Origin: Bradymonadia bacterium
GTDB taxonomy: Bacteria > Myxococcota_A > Bradymonadia > UBA7976 > UBA1532
Length of the DNA: 64,000 nucleotides
Assembly: GCA_046290225.1 (NCBI GenBank)
Contig: JBKAGE010000071.1
Coordinates: 108,480-172,479 of the forward strand
Direction of reading: 5' to 3'
In this document: piece after piece, positions 20,904 through 29,758 of the stretch
Layout: each line of letters starts with the position of its first letter
How positions within the stretch are numbered: position 1 is the first letter of the stretch
Made by a program: the position numbers and the translations under genes
The notes under the pieces: model-generated
The model's input: the letters and a program-made list of their open reading frames with translations, nothing else
Told to the model about the DNA's origin: nothing
Database searches by the model: none

Positions 20904-21547
20904 AGGGTGATCTCGGTCTTGGCGTCGGCGATGCGGCCGTCACCACAGGCGGCGATGGCCTCGCTCAGCGACCACCAGCGGCAGGCGCCCACCTCCTCGA
21001 AGGGCGAGCCGTCACCCACAGGCTCGGTGTACGGGGTGTCGTCGGTGATCTCCGCTTCGTAGAGGTGCAGCATCTCCGAGAGGATGCCGCCGCTGGGGTA
21101 GATCCCGGCGCCGAGAGGGCGCAGATCCTCTTCGGGGAGCTGGTAGCCCATCTCCTCGGTGAGCTCTCGGGCGGCGCAGCGGCGCATGCCCTCATGCCCC
21201 ACCTCGTCGGCCTCTGGCACACCGGCGGCGAGCTCCCAGAGGAGCGGGGTGAGGTGATGCGTATCGGGTGGCACCGGGGGTCCGATGCGGTGTCGCAGAT
21301 CGACCCCTGGTCGGAGGCATTGTCTGAGCAGCACATCGACCGAGTCGCCTCGGCGGCGCCAGGGGAGGACTGCGGCGGCGTCGGTGCCTCTGCGCCAGGC
21401 AGACTCGGCGAGGAACTCTGGGGAGACCGTCCCGTCGTCGTAGTGGTTTCGCAGGGTGCGCAGGGCCACCTTCATCCAGGTGCCTTCGAGCCACTCCACA
21501 CCGATCTCTTCCAATTGTTTCAGTCCCTTGGGCTGGCCTGAACTCAC
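20837..21547 (-). CDS. Nudix hydrolase (ADP-ribose pyrophosphatase-like)
   Basis: WELAAG...AARELTEEMG Nudix box; IADAKT C-terminal motif. Confidence 0.88.
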   Translation of the reverse strand: MSSGQPKGLKQLEEIGVEWLEGTWMKVALRTLRNHYDDGTVSPEFLAESAWRRGTDAAAVLPWRRRGDSVDVLLRQCLRPGVDLRHRIGPPVPPDTHHLTPLLWELAAGVPEADEVGHEGMRRCAARELTEEMGYQLPEEDLRPLGAGIYPSGGILSEMLHLYEAEITDDTPYTEPVGDGSPFEEVGACRWWSLSEAIAACGDGRIADAKTEITLWRLIARYGLTPPPFEPSGGTL

Positions 21548-21618
21548 CTCGAAGCACTCCTGAAAGATGGCCCTCTGTGGCCATCATGCCACAGGGGCTC
21601 CCTGCAGAAAGAGACTTC

Positions 21619-23397
21619 TCAGCACACGTCTTCACCGAGGCTGCTCTGGAGCACGTGCAGACGCTTTTCGAGGGCCGCCACCATCACCTCGTCGCCACCC
21701 GCAGCCACCGCCGCCGCGAGGGGGTCGATGGCCGAGGCCCCTGCGCCTTCGAGCAGGTTGAGGGCCACATGTTGCAGGGGCGGATGGTGCCGATGCAGCG
21801 TGGCGAGGCGCTCGAAGGCCTCCGGCCCGACAAAGGCCGCCCAGTATTGCAGCGCTGCAGCGATGAGCCCTCGACCAGACTGCGCCAGGGCATCGAGGAG
21901 GGCCTGCCGCATCTTGGGCCCGCCGAGGTAGAGGGTGGTGCACACTGCGAGGGCGTCTTCGGCCCCCTGACAGGCCTCGAGGGCGCGCATCAGCGAAGAG
22001 AAAGTCCCATCGAGATCGCCGCCTCTGAGCAGCGGAAGCAAACCCTCGAGGGGGCCATCTTTGAGGGCCCGGGCGAGGGCCGGGCCGCAGCTGTGAGCGC
22101 CGCAGCTCCAGATGAGCCAGAAGTCTGGGGTGGTCGATGCCCTCAGGGCCTCGACGACGGCCTGCGGAGGGACCTCGGCAGAGGTGAGCGAGAGCGCCGC
22201 GAGGGCCTGACTGCGATCAGGGCCCTTTCGAGCCATCAACAACAGCCTCTCCTGAGCCCGAGGATCTTCAGGGCCGCCCAGGGCCAGGGCCCAGATGGCG
22301 GTCTCCCGTTGCCCCACGTCATCGGCGAGGGCCGCCAGAGCCCGCCCCACGACATCCTCGGTGTCGGGTGCCAGCAAAGGCCAGCGTGGATCCTCGACGA
22401 GGGCCCTCGGCGGGCTCTGGATCCGAAGGCCGTGGGCCCAGGCGCCGAGCACGACACCATGGGCCACATCCGGATCATCGTCATCGAGGGCGCGCTGTCG
22501 TCGATCGGATGGTAGAGCCGTGGACAACACGGGGAGCAGCCGCGCAGCGGCGCGACGCACCTCGACCTCGGGATCGCTCAAGGCCGTGAACACCAGGCCG
22601 TCGAGGGCCAGATCTGGCCGAAGCGCTGCGAGGCGAAGGGCGCCCTGGCGCAACTCGGGACGATCTGCAACCGCCGCGGCGTGACATACAGGGGCTGTGA
22701 TCAGCGGCGCCCAGCTCTGCAACCAGCTCAACAACAGCATTGCGCCATGGGCATCTCCTGTCTCGAGCCAGCGGGTGAGGAGTCGGGGCAGCAAATCGGG
22801 GTAGTCCGCGGCCCACGCTGCGCACATCTCGAAGGCGCGATGGCGGTGTGCTGGGGGCACATTGAGCAGGGCCGAGAGGGCCAGCGCCTCTGGATCTGGT
22901 CGTTGGGGTGTTCGGAGACGCATGCGCGTGGTGGTCCAGAGCAGCCGGGGATCAGTGCAGGCTTTCTCAAGGCACATCTGAGCGCCACGTGGCCCGAGGC
23001 GGTCGAGCAGCCTCAACAGAGCTGGCCCGGAGCGGGTGGTGGCTTTGCTGTGGACCAGGTGCTCGAAGAGCGGGCCGCTGGCTGCGAGGCCAAAGTCGGC
23101 GATGAGTCGCTCCAGCTGCCCCTGCACCTCGGGTGACAGGGTCGAGGAGCCTCTCAGATGGCCCAGCAGATGTTCGAGGAGCAAGGGCACGATGGCGGGG
23201 CCGAGGGCCAGCAGCTGTTTGAGCGCTTGAGCGTCTGCCTCGTCATCGCCTGTCAGGGTGCTGAGCAGCTGGGTGACGCGTTTGGGGATGCTCGGGGGGT
23301 GTTGCTCTTCGGGGGCCGGTGCTGGCGGCCGGACAAAGAAGATGAGCCCGAAGGCCACCGCCAGCAGGATCAAGAACCAGAAGGTGGTGGCATCCAC
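21619..23397 (-). CDS. Membrane-anchored HEAT-repeat protein
   Basis: N-terminal TM helix; repeats ALSDPEVEVRRAAARLL and ALDDDDPDVAHG. Confidence 0.75.
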   Translation of the reverse strand: MDATTFWFLILLAVAFGLIFFVRPPAPAPEEQHPPSIPKRVTQLLSTLTGDDEADAQALKQLLALGPAIVPLLLEHLLGHLRGSSTLSPEVQGQLERLIADFGLAASGPLFEHLVHSKATTRSGPALLRLLDRLGPRGAQMCLEKACTDPRLLWTTTRMRLRTPQRPDPEALALSALLNVPPAHRHRAFEMCAAWAADYPDLLPRLLTRWLETGDAHGAMLLLSWLQSWAPLITAPVCHAAAVADRPELRQGALRLAALRPDLALDGLVFTALSDPEVEVRRAAARLLPVLSTALPSDRRQRALDDDDPDVAHGVVLGAWAHGLRIQSPPRALVEDPRWPLLAPDTEDVVGRALAALADDVGQRETAIWALALGGPEDPRAQERLLLMARKGPDRSQALAALSLTSAEVPPQAVVEALRASTTPDFWLIWSCGAHSCGPALARALKDGPLEGLLPLLRGGDLDGTFSSLMRALEACQGAEDALAVCTTLYLGGPKMRQALLDALAQSGRGLIAAALQYWAAFVGPEAFERLATLHRHHPPLQHVALNLLEGAGASAIDPLAAAVAAGGDEVMVAALEKRLHVLQSSLGEDVC

Positions 23398-23403
23398 CGT
23401 CGC

Positions 23404-24717
23404 TCAGCCTCCGGAGATGGCGCTCACCTCGTCACCGATCGTGCTGTCGCCCTCTTCTGTCCAGTTCAGGAGCACCGCAGGATCTTCGATGAGGCCAGCC
23501 AGACGATCGGCTGCCCCCACAGGATCGAGCTGGTGAATGCAGGTCACGCCGAACATGCGCACGATGGGGTTGGTGTGATCGAGCAGCGTCTCGAACATGG
23601 GCAGCAGCACGCCCTGGTCCATGCCCTTCTTGCCCACCTTGACCTTGCAGAACTCGCTGATGCGCCACTTCACACGGCCCTTCTCCGAGTGCCAGGCGTC
23701 TGCCGCGGCGGGGAGGGCGTCCATCATGGGCTTCAGATGGGCTGCTGGATCCTTGGCCCAGAGCACGGACAGCGAGAGCCACCTCAGCTCGTTCAGGCTG
23801 GTGTGGTCCACGAGGGCGATGAAGGCGTGAAGCGCCTCGGTGGCGGCCTCGGCGTCGGCATTCTGGAGCAGCTTGAGACTGCGGACGAAGATCTCCTGAC
23901 GGGCGTCCCAGTCGAGGTCGGGATCTCGGATGGCGTCGAGCATGAACCGCATCACCGTGGGGTTCCGGGTGGCGGTGAGGGCGTCGCGGACCTCAGGGCT
24001 CTGCAGCAGGGTCTTGTACCGGGGCTTCACCCAATCCAGGAGCGCTGCGGCGAGCTGGGCGCTCACGGCGTCGTCGCGCATCTGAAGCAGCAGATTGGAC
24101 ACACGGGCGCCGGCCTGAGGGCTCTCGCTCCCCTTGAGGGTCTCGAGGAGCATGGGCACCGTCTTCTCAGGGGCCTTGATGCTGCACGCCAGGATGATGT
24201 CGTCCACCTTGCCGGCGAGCTCGGGGATGTCGGCGGTGAGGCCGGTCATCGATGCCTTGAACAGCGCGTCGACGAGGGCGGCCTGCTCTTTCCCGTCTTT
24301 GATGTGCTCGAGCAGCAGGTAGCCCAGGTTCATGGCCTTGCCGCGATCACGCTGGGGCGTATCGCAGTCGTTGACCTTGCCGCCGTTCTGCGTGTCGACA
24401 GCTTCGAGGCTGACGAGGCACTGGGCGACGAGATCGCCCATCTTGCTCACCAGGGTGTCCCGTGCTGGCGCAGGGGTGGCCTCGACGCTGGTCATGAGCT
24501 GATCGAGCTCACCCATGGACATCAGGTGCTTCGCCGCACGTATGCGCAGGCCGATGGGGCGTTCGGCATCGGCGACGTATGCACCCAGGCGGGCTGCGCC
24601 GTTGTCGACCTGAGGCCACGTGTCGATGTCTTGTTTGTCGATCTCGCATCCGCTGAGGCCGCCGAGGGCGAGACACAGCAAGGACACACACAGAGAAGAC
24701 CGCTTGAGCCAGGGCAC
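23404..24717 (-). CDS. HEAT-repeat-like lipoprotein
   Basis: A GTG start at 24717 after AAAGG gives the signal peptide ...LALGGLSGC. All-helical body, LLDHTNPIVRMFG. Confidence 0.72.
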   Translation of the reverse strand: MPWLKRSSLCVSLLCLALGGLSGCEIDKQDIDTWPQVDNGAARLGAYVADAERPIGLRIRAAKHLMSMGELDQLMTSVEATPAPARDTLVSKMGDLVAQCLVSLEAVDTQNGGKVNDCDTPQRDRGKAMNLGYLLLEHIKDGKEQAALVDALFKASMTGLTADIPELAGKVDDIILACSIKAPEKTVPMLLETLKGSESPQAGARVSNLLLQMRDDAVSAQLAAALLDWVKPRYKTLLQSPEVRDALTATRNPTVMRFMLDAIRDPDLDWDARQEIFVRSLKLLQNADAEAATEALHAFIALVDHTSLNELRWLSLSVLWAKDPAAHLKPMMDALPAAADAWHSEKGRVKWRISEFCKVKVGKKGMDQGVLLPMFETLLDHTNPIVRMFGVTCIHQLDPVGAADRLAGLIEDPAVLLNWTEEGDSTIGDEVSAISGG

Positions 24718-24988
24718 GTCTACGCCTTTCGAGGTCGCGATGGGTCCGAAGAGCCCCATGATGACCGGGGCTCCACTCTTGGACGGAACCACCCGATATA
24801 CCTTACAGATTCAGGGCCTCACGAGGCGCCGGTGGGACGCTAGCACCCTGTCGCGAAGAGCGTCAAGGTGTCGGGGGTTCCCCTCGATGAGGCGACAGGT
24901 TAACCTCACCTCCAAGGTGGCACATGGCACTCACGCCGAAACGAACACCATGATGGCCACACACATCTCAGGAGACCGAAGCTCATCC

Positions 24989-26155
24989 ATGGGTTCGATG
25001 GCCGAGATCAGCGCGTTGGAAGGCAACCTCGAGGCCCTACGCCTCAAGTTCGAACGCTATTTCACGGGCTTGGAGCGCCGACCACCGCTTGAGGAGCGGG
25101 ATCTCCTGATGGGGAAGATGCGGCGTCTCCAGGTGAATCAGAGCAATACCGCGATCCGGTTCCGCCACCAGAACCTCAAACAACGCACGATCACCCTGCA
25201 GACCTACTGGAATCGAGTGCTCAGGGAGATCGAAGACGGCCGGTATCACCGAGATAAATTTAAGGCAGATCTACGCGATCGGCGTCGCGGTCTGCTCACC
25301 GACAGCGTCGAGCTCGAAGAGCCACCCCTCGACGAGGCAGAGGACACCCTCGACGAGATCCACCCCGAGATCGCGAGAGCGCTCGCGGAAGACGACGGGC
25401 AAGCACACATCCCCGAACAGCGGGAGGCGCCTCAGCGGAAGAAGGCGGACACGAGAAGGCAAAAAGCCCTCGAGGAGACCCGGGCAACCGCCGAGGCATT
25501 CCTTGAGACGCTGTTGAGCAGCGGGCAATTGTCCGAGCAGTCCGCTGCCCCGAAGTCGACCTCGGCACCCAAGCCACCACCGGCCACACCACCCGCTTCG
25601 ACGCCCCCAACATCGACAAGCCCAGAGCAGCCTGCGGCGGCAAAAGCTGGCCCCAAACCCACACTCAGCCTGCCAACGCTCAGCAGTGGGCTCGGTGGGG
25701 GGCTTGGTGGTGGACTGGGATCAGGCAATGGTGGCACCGGCTCTCGACTGAAGTCGCTGTTGAGCAAGGCGCGCTCGAACAAGAACACCGAGTCGGAGTT
25801 GACTCAGCCCACAAACACAGCAGAGGCGAGTCCCAGAGCACACCGGACCACCCTCGAGTTGGAGCCTGGCAAGATTTCAAAGTCTCCTGAGTCGAGCACG
25901 CCGTCCAAGCCGGCGTTGCCGAGGCCTCCGCGCCTGCCGCGGCCTCCGCGGCCGACGCCTGCAGGGGGACAACGGGCCATCCGTGGCCGGTCCACCGTCG
26001 AACTGGCCCCTCCGAGCCGCTCTGGTGGCCTGCCCCGAACGACGACCACCGAGCTGGAGAGCCCTCAGCCCTCGAGTCCCGCCACCACCACGGCAGACGA
26101 TCTGCCCAAGGTGGCCATGCGCGGGAAGGCGATCAGGAAGCAAGACGAAGAGTAG
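24989..26155 (+). CDS. Protein with an MXAN_5187-family-like N-terminal helical domain and a long disordered Pro/Ser-rich tail
   Basis: LRLKFERYFTGLERRPP...NTAIRFR...YWNRVLREIEDG recalled as a myxobacterial family signature; AGGAGA RBS. Confidence 0.65.
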   Translation: MGSMAEISALEGNLEALRLKFERYFTGLERRPPLEERDLLMGKMRRLQVNQSNTAIRFRHQNLKQRTITLQTYWNRVLREIEDGRYHRDKFKADLRDRRRGLLTDSVELEEPPLDEAEDTLDEIHPEIARALAEDDGQAHIPEQREAPQRKKADTRRQKALEETRATAEAFLETLLSSGQLSEQSAAPKSTSAPKPPPATPPASTPPTSTSPEQPAAAKAGPKPTLSLPTLSSGLGGGLGGGLGSGNGGTGSRLKSLLSKARSNKNTESELTQPTNTAEASPRAHRTTLELEPGKISKSPESSTPSKPALPRPPRLPRPPRPTPAGGQRAIRGRSTVELAPPSRSGGLPRTTTTELESPQPSSPATTTADDLPKVAMRGKAIRKQDEE

Positions 26156-26174
26156 GCCAGGTCCGGCCACAGTC

Positions 26175-27716
26175 TCAGCGGCTCTTCTGCCAGAAGCCCC
26201 ACCACGGTGGCGTCAGCCCCGGTACCTTCTCGGTCTGCCAGGTGTAGCCCCGTTGCTTCCAGGCGCGCTTCTGCCCGGCGCCTTGCCCTGGAGGGCGCTT
26301 GGCGATGGTGGGGTGATAGATCAGATAGTCCACCTGCTTCTCGAGAATGTAACTCAACGGCGCGCTCTTGGTGTGCCCCGGGCGTTTGCCCCGTGGCTCG
26401 ACGTTGTGGGCGATCCACTCGTCGTTGAGGCCGAGCACGTCGAGGGTGTAGAGGCGAGAGTAGTAGGGGATGATGCCTGCAGCGGTGGTGGCGAGGCTGG
26501 CCTCTGGCGGCGCGATGGTGGCGAGGTGCTTGCCGATGGCGGTGCACTGTCCGGCGAACATGTTCAACCACCCGATGGAGTCCACCCCACCCTCACTGCC
26601 CACCTTCAAGGCGTTCTTGTCGGTGACCCCGACGCCGTAGAGCACCATGAGTGAGAGGGCACCGGCGCCGAGGCTCAGTCGTAGTCGGCTCACCCCCGAG
26701 GCGAGCAGGGCTTCAGTGCCTCCGCGGATCCCCTCGGCGGCCATCACCGCGAGCAAGGGCATCAAGGGTACGAAGAATCGGTGCAGGGCCATGAAGTCGC
26801 CGCCCACCCGCACGACGTGCAGGCCCACACCGAGGGTGTAGAGCCCACCGAGGGCCATGAGGGCCCGCTGCCCTGGGGGCGGCGCGAGCCGTTTGAAGGC
26901 CACGATTAAAGGCAGCAGCCACAGGTGGTGGGTCTCCACCCAGGACCAGAAGTAGTTCCACCCTGGGCCCCAGAAGCCCGAGGCCCCGGTCTTGACGTAG
27001 TAGGTGTTGGGGAAGGGCCAGCCGTAATACACCCACCGCCACGCATAAAATGGCACGAAGACCAGGGCGAACCCGGCCCCCCACACCCAGTCGCCCACCG
27101 TGGGCATGAACCGGCCCCCAGATCGTGCCTCACCGATGAGCATGCCGATGCGATGCAGCCCGGTGAGCCCGAAGAGCAGCATGCCTTCGGGGCGGGTCAT
27201 GGCGCACAGCGCGAACCAGATGCCGCTGGTGGATCGAGTGCGACCTTCGCGACGCTCGGTCAAGTATCCCGTCCAGCCCATGGTGGCGGTGAAGGTGAAC
27301 AGCTGAGTCTCGAGCCCCCCCGTGGACCAGCACGCATAGGCTGGCGCCGCGGCGAGCAGGGCAGGGGCCACAGCATCCCAGAGGGTGAGCCCTTCGTTGC
27401 GCCTCGAGGTGAACCGGGCGATCACCCACAGAGTGAGCACTGCCAGGACGACACCCAGCCCCTTGCTCCAAGGCACGGGATCGAGGCCCAGGGCCATGAC
27501 CCCGGCCATCATCATGGTCCACAGAAAGTTGGTATACCCCTCGACGCGCTCGCCGACGTTGAAGACCAACTCGCCATGACGCACGAGGTTGTCGGCGTAC
27601 CTGAACGAGATGAAGGCGTCATCATTGATGAAGTTGAACACCATCGCGTGGGCCACGAGGGCCCCGCTGACGAGGATCAACACTGCGAGGGGGGTGATGG
27701 AGCTGCGTGTGCGCAT
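26175..27716 (-). CDS. GT-C fold membrane glycosyltransferase (AftB/arabinofuranosyltransferase-like)
   Basis: DDAFISFRYADNL...GERVEGYTNFLW, GLET, TRPEG, PNTYYVK, DVLGLND; many TM helices. Confidence 0.85.
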   Translation of the reverse strand: MRTRSSITPLAVLILVSGALVAHAMVFNFINDDAFISFRYADNLVRHGELVFNVGERVEGYTNFLWTMMMAGVMALGLDPVPWSKGLGVVLAVLTLWVIARFTSRRNEGLTLWDAVAPALLAAAPAYACWSTGGLETQLFTFTATMGWTGYLTERREGRTRSTSGIWFALCAMTRPEGMLLFGLTGLHRIGMLIGEARSGGRFMPTVGDWVWGAGFALVFVPFYAWRWVYYGWPFPNTYYVKTGASGFWGPGWNYFWSWVETHHLWLLPLIVAFKRLAPPPGQRALMALGGLYTLGVGLHVVRVGGDFMALHRFFVPLMPLLAVMAAEGIRGGTEALLASGVSRLRLSLGAGALSLMVLYGVGVTDKNALKVGSEGGVDSIGWLNMFAGQCTAIGKHLATIAPPEASLATTAAGIIPYYSRLYTLDVLGLNDEWIAHNVEPRGKRPGHTKSAPLSYILEKQVDYLIYHPTIAKRPPGQGAGQKRAWKQRGYTWQTEKVPGLTPPWWGFWQKSR

Positions 27717-27772
27717 GGAGGGGCTTTACGGAGGGGGGAGGCTCAGGTCAAGCCCGTTGCGGCCTCGAGGCC

Positions 27773-28450
27773 TCACACCGTGATGAAGTCGACGTACTCA
27801 CCGTGGGTGAGGCAGTGGGCGTGCACCCGCACTGTGTCGCCGGGCTTCACGTCTTTGGGCAGGGCCGCGAGGTAGATGGTGTTGCGACCACCCTCGGCGC
27901 TGACGTCGGTGCCGCCGAAGGCCACGTACTTGCCATTGTCACCCTCGCCGATGGCCGGCCAGTCGCTGTAGCTGCTCTGAAGCTCTTCGGCCTCACCGAC
28001 GACAGCCTTGCGGATCTTGATCCAGTTGTACCAGTGCCCCGTGGGGTTCTTGTCGCTCTTGGAAGCGTTGGGGTGCTTGGCATAGCCCTTTTCAGGATCA
28101 CCCCACATGATGGCCACGTAACCCTCGGGCACCATGCCAGCTTCGAGCTTGGGTACGTAGGGCAGGTGCTTGCCGAGGTGCTTCTTGTCGCCATCGGCGC
28201 CATTGATGCTGGGCCAGTAGCTCTTGGGGATCGCCCCGGCGTTGCCTCGGGTCTTGTTGTACATGATGGGATCCCAGCCCTCAGGCTTCACCGGAGGCAC
28301 GGCAGCACCGGCAGCCTTGCCCGCCATATCAGCGGCGTCTCCCATGGCTTTCTCGGCGGCACCGCCGCAGCCCGTCACGGCAGGCAGCAACACCAGCCCC
28401 CCGGTGCCGATGGCGAGTCTCTTGGCGAAGGTACGGCGATCCATGGTCAT
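27773..28450 (-). CDS. Tat-exported lipoprotein with a superoxide reductase (desulfoferrodoxin catalytic domain)-like site
   Basis: DRRTFAK Tat motif, AVTGC lipobox, and KHLP / KHP / HWYNWI / HCLTHG in the order of SOR ligands. Confidence 0.75.
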   Translation of the reverse strand: MTMDRRTFAKRLAIGTGGLVLLPAVTGCGGAAEKAMGDAADMAGKAAGAAVPPVKPEGWDPIMYNKTRGNAGAIPKSYWPSINGADGDKKHLGKHLPYVPKLEAGMVPEGYVAIMWGDPEKGYAKHPNASKSDKNPTGHWYNWIKIRKAVVGEAEELQSSYSDWPAIGEGDNGKYVAFGGTDVSAEGGRNTIYLAALPKDVKPGDTVRVHAHCLTHGEYVDFITV

Positions 28451-28646
28451 GAATGTCTCCAGAGTCTGTGGGCGCATGGACGCTAACCCGCAGGGGGGTG
28501 CGTCGCAAGTTACGGTCGGTGAGATGAGTGGGTGAGCTTGAAGGTTGTGTGTGAGCTGGTCTTTGACGCGTGATGGGCCAGCTCGCTGCTTGACACGGCG
28601 TCGACAGGGACGATACCCCCATCCCCTCGATCTCCGAGGTGTCGTC

Positions 28647-29666
28647 ATGCGTCAACTACGCCCGATTGTGCTCGTGTCCAGCCTCCTCTCAGGGTGCGGC
28701 ACGTCTTCAGAAGAGGCGACGGCGCCATGTGTCTCCGAGACCTGGCCGGCGGGTGCCTGCGAGGCGCCGTGGCTCCCTCAGGTCGACGCACTGCATGTGG
28801 GCGCCGAGTGGGTGTTTCCCGCCCCCAACAACGGTGTCGTCGAGGTCGCTGTGAGCGATGTGGTGACGGGGATGCCCGGAGCGTGGCAGGTCGCTGATCG
28901 GTTCATCATCGAAAGCGAGGGGCCTGTTGAGGTCTTCGCTCGGGTGGTGTCGGAGGACTGCACCCCTGTCCCGGTGAGCGCTGTGTACACCGGCGTGATG
29001 GCCTATGGCGCTGGTGCGGAGCAGCCAGACAGTGGCGCCCTGAGTCTCGACGAGCCGGCTTTCGTGGGTTGGGCTTCGACGGTGCACGCCGTGGAGTTCG
29101 GCGATGAAGTCGATGAACGGTTCAGAGAGAGCGATCTCGCCCTGGGCCCCGCCGAAGGGGCGGCCTTCGGTGTGGTCACCCTCGGGGAGGGTGGGCAGAT
29201 CACCTTGGGCTTCGAGACCCCCATCGGGGATGGCGAGGGGCCCGACTTCGCCGTCTTCGAAAACGCGTTCAATGACGAGTTTCTCGAGCTGGCCTATGTG
29301 GAGATCTCCTCTGATGGTGAGCGCTTTGTCCGGTTCCCCTCTGCCTATCTGGGCCAGACCCCCTTGGGTCCGTATGACCAGCAACCGCCAGAGGGCATCC
29401 AGGGCCTCGCCGGCAAACATCGAGCAGGCTTTGGCACCCCCTTCGATTTGAGCGTGTTGCGCTGGCACCCTCAGGTTGTGAGTGGTGTTGTCGATCTCCG
29501 AGCCGTCGCGTATGTGCGCTTGGTGGATGTGGTCGGTGACGGTGAGCACCGCGACAGTTTCGGTCAGCCCATTTACGACCCGTACCCCAACATGGGCAGC
29601 GCGGGCTTCGACCTCGACGCAGTGGGCGTGCTCAACGCCACCTCGGTGGGGGAGTGTGCCCCATAG
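28647..29666 (+). CDS. Cell-surface lipoprotein with a conserved beta-sandwich domain (LGxGG...DFAVFEN...GFDLDAV)
   Basis: Lipobox LSGC; motifs [46 protein letters not shown]. Confidence 0.75.
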   Translation: MRQLRPIVLVSSLLSGCGTSSEEATAPCVSETWPAGACEAPWLPQVDALHVGAEWVFPAPNNGVVEVAVSDVVTGMPGAWQVADRFIIESEGPVEVFARVVSEDCTPVPVSAVYTGVMAYGAGAEQPDSGALSLDEPAFVGWASTVHAVEFGDEVDERFRESDLALGPAEGAAFGVVTLGEGGQITLGFETPIGDGEGPDFAVFENAFNDEFLELAYVEISSDGERFVRFPSAYLGQTPLGPYDQQPPEGIQGLAGKHRAGFGTPFDLSVLRWHPQVVSGVVDLRAVAYVRLVDVVGDGEHRDSFGQPIYDPYPNMGSAGFDLDAVGVLNATSVGECAP

Positions 29667-29758
29667 CGCGATGAGCGCCTGAGTATCTGCGGATTTGCCC
29701 GCTCTTCGACGCATCTCTCTCGAACCCCGGACCCTCCGGCCGCCTTCGAGGAGTCGAG

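Noticed and set aside
28451..28646. Cobalamin riboswitch or sigma-70 promoter (TTGACA at 28590)
   Set aside because: No recognisable B12-box, and no convincing -10 element at 16-18 bp spacing.
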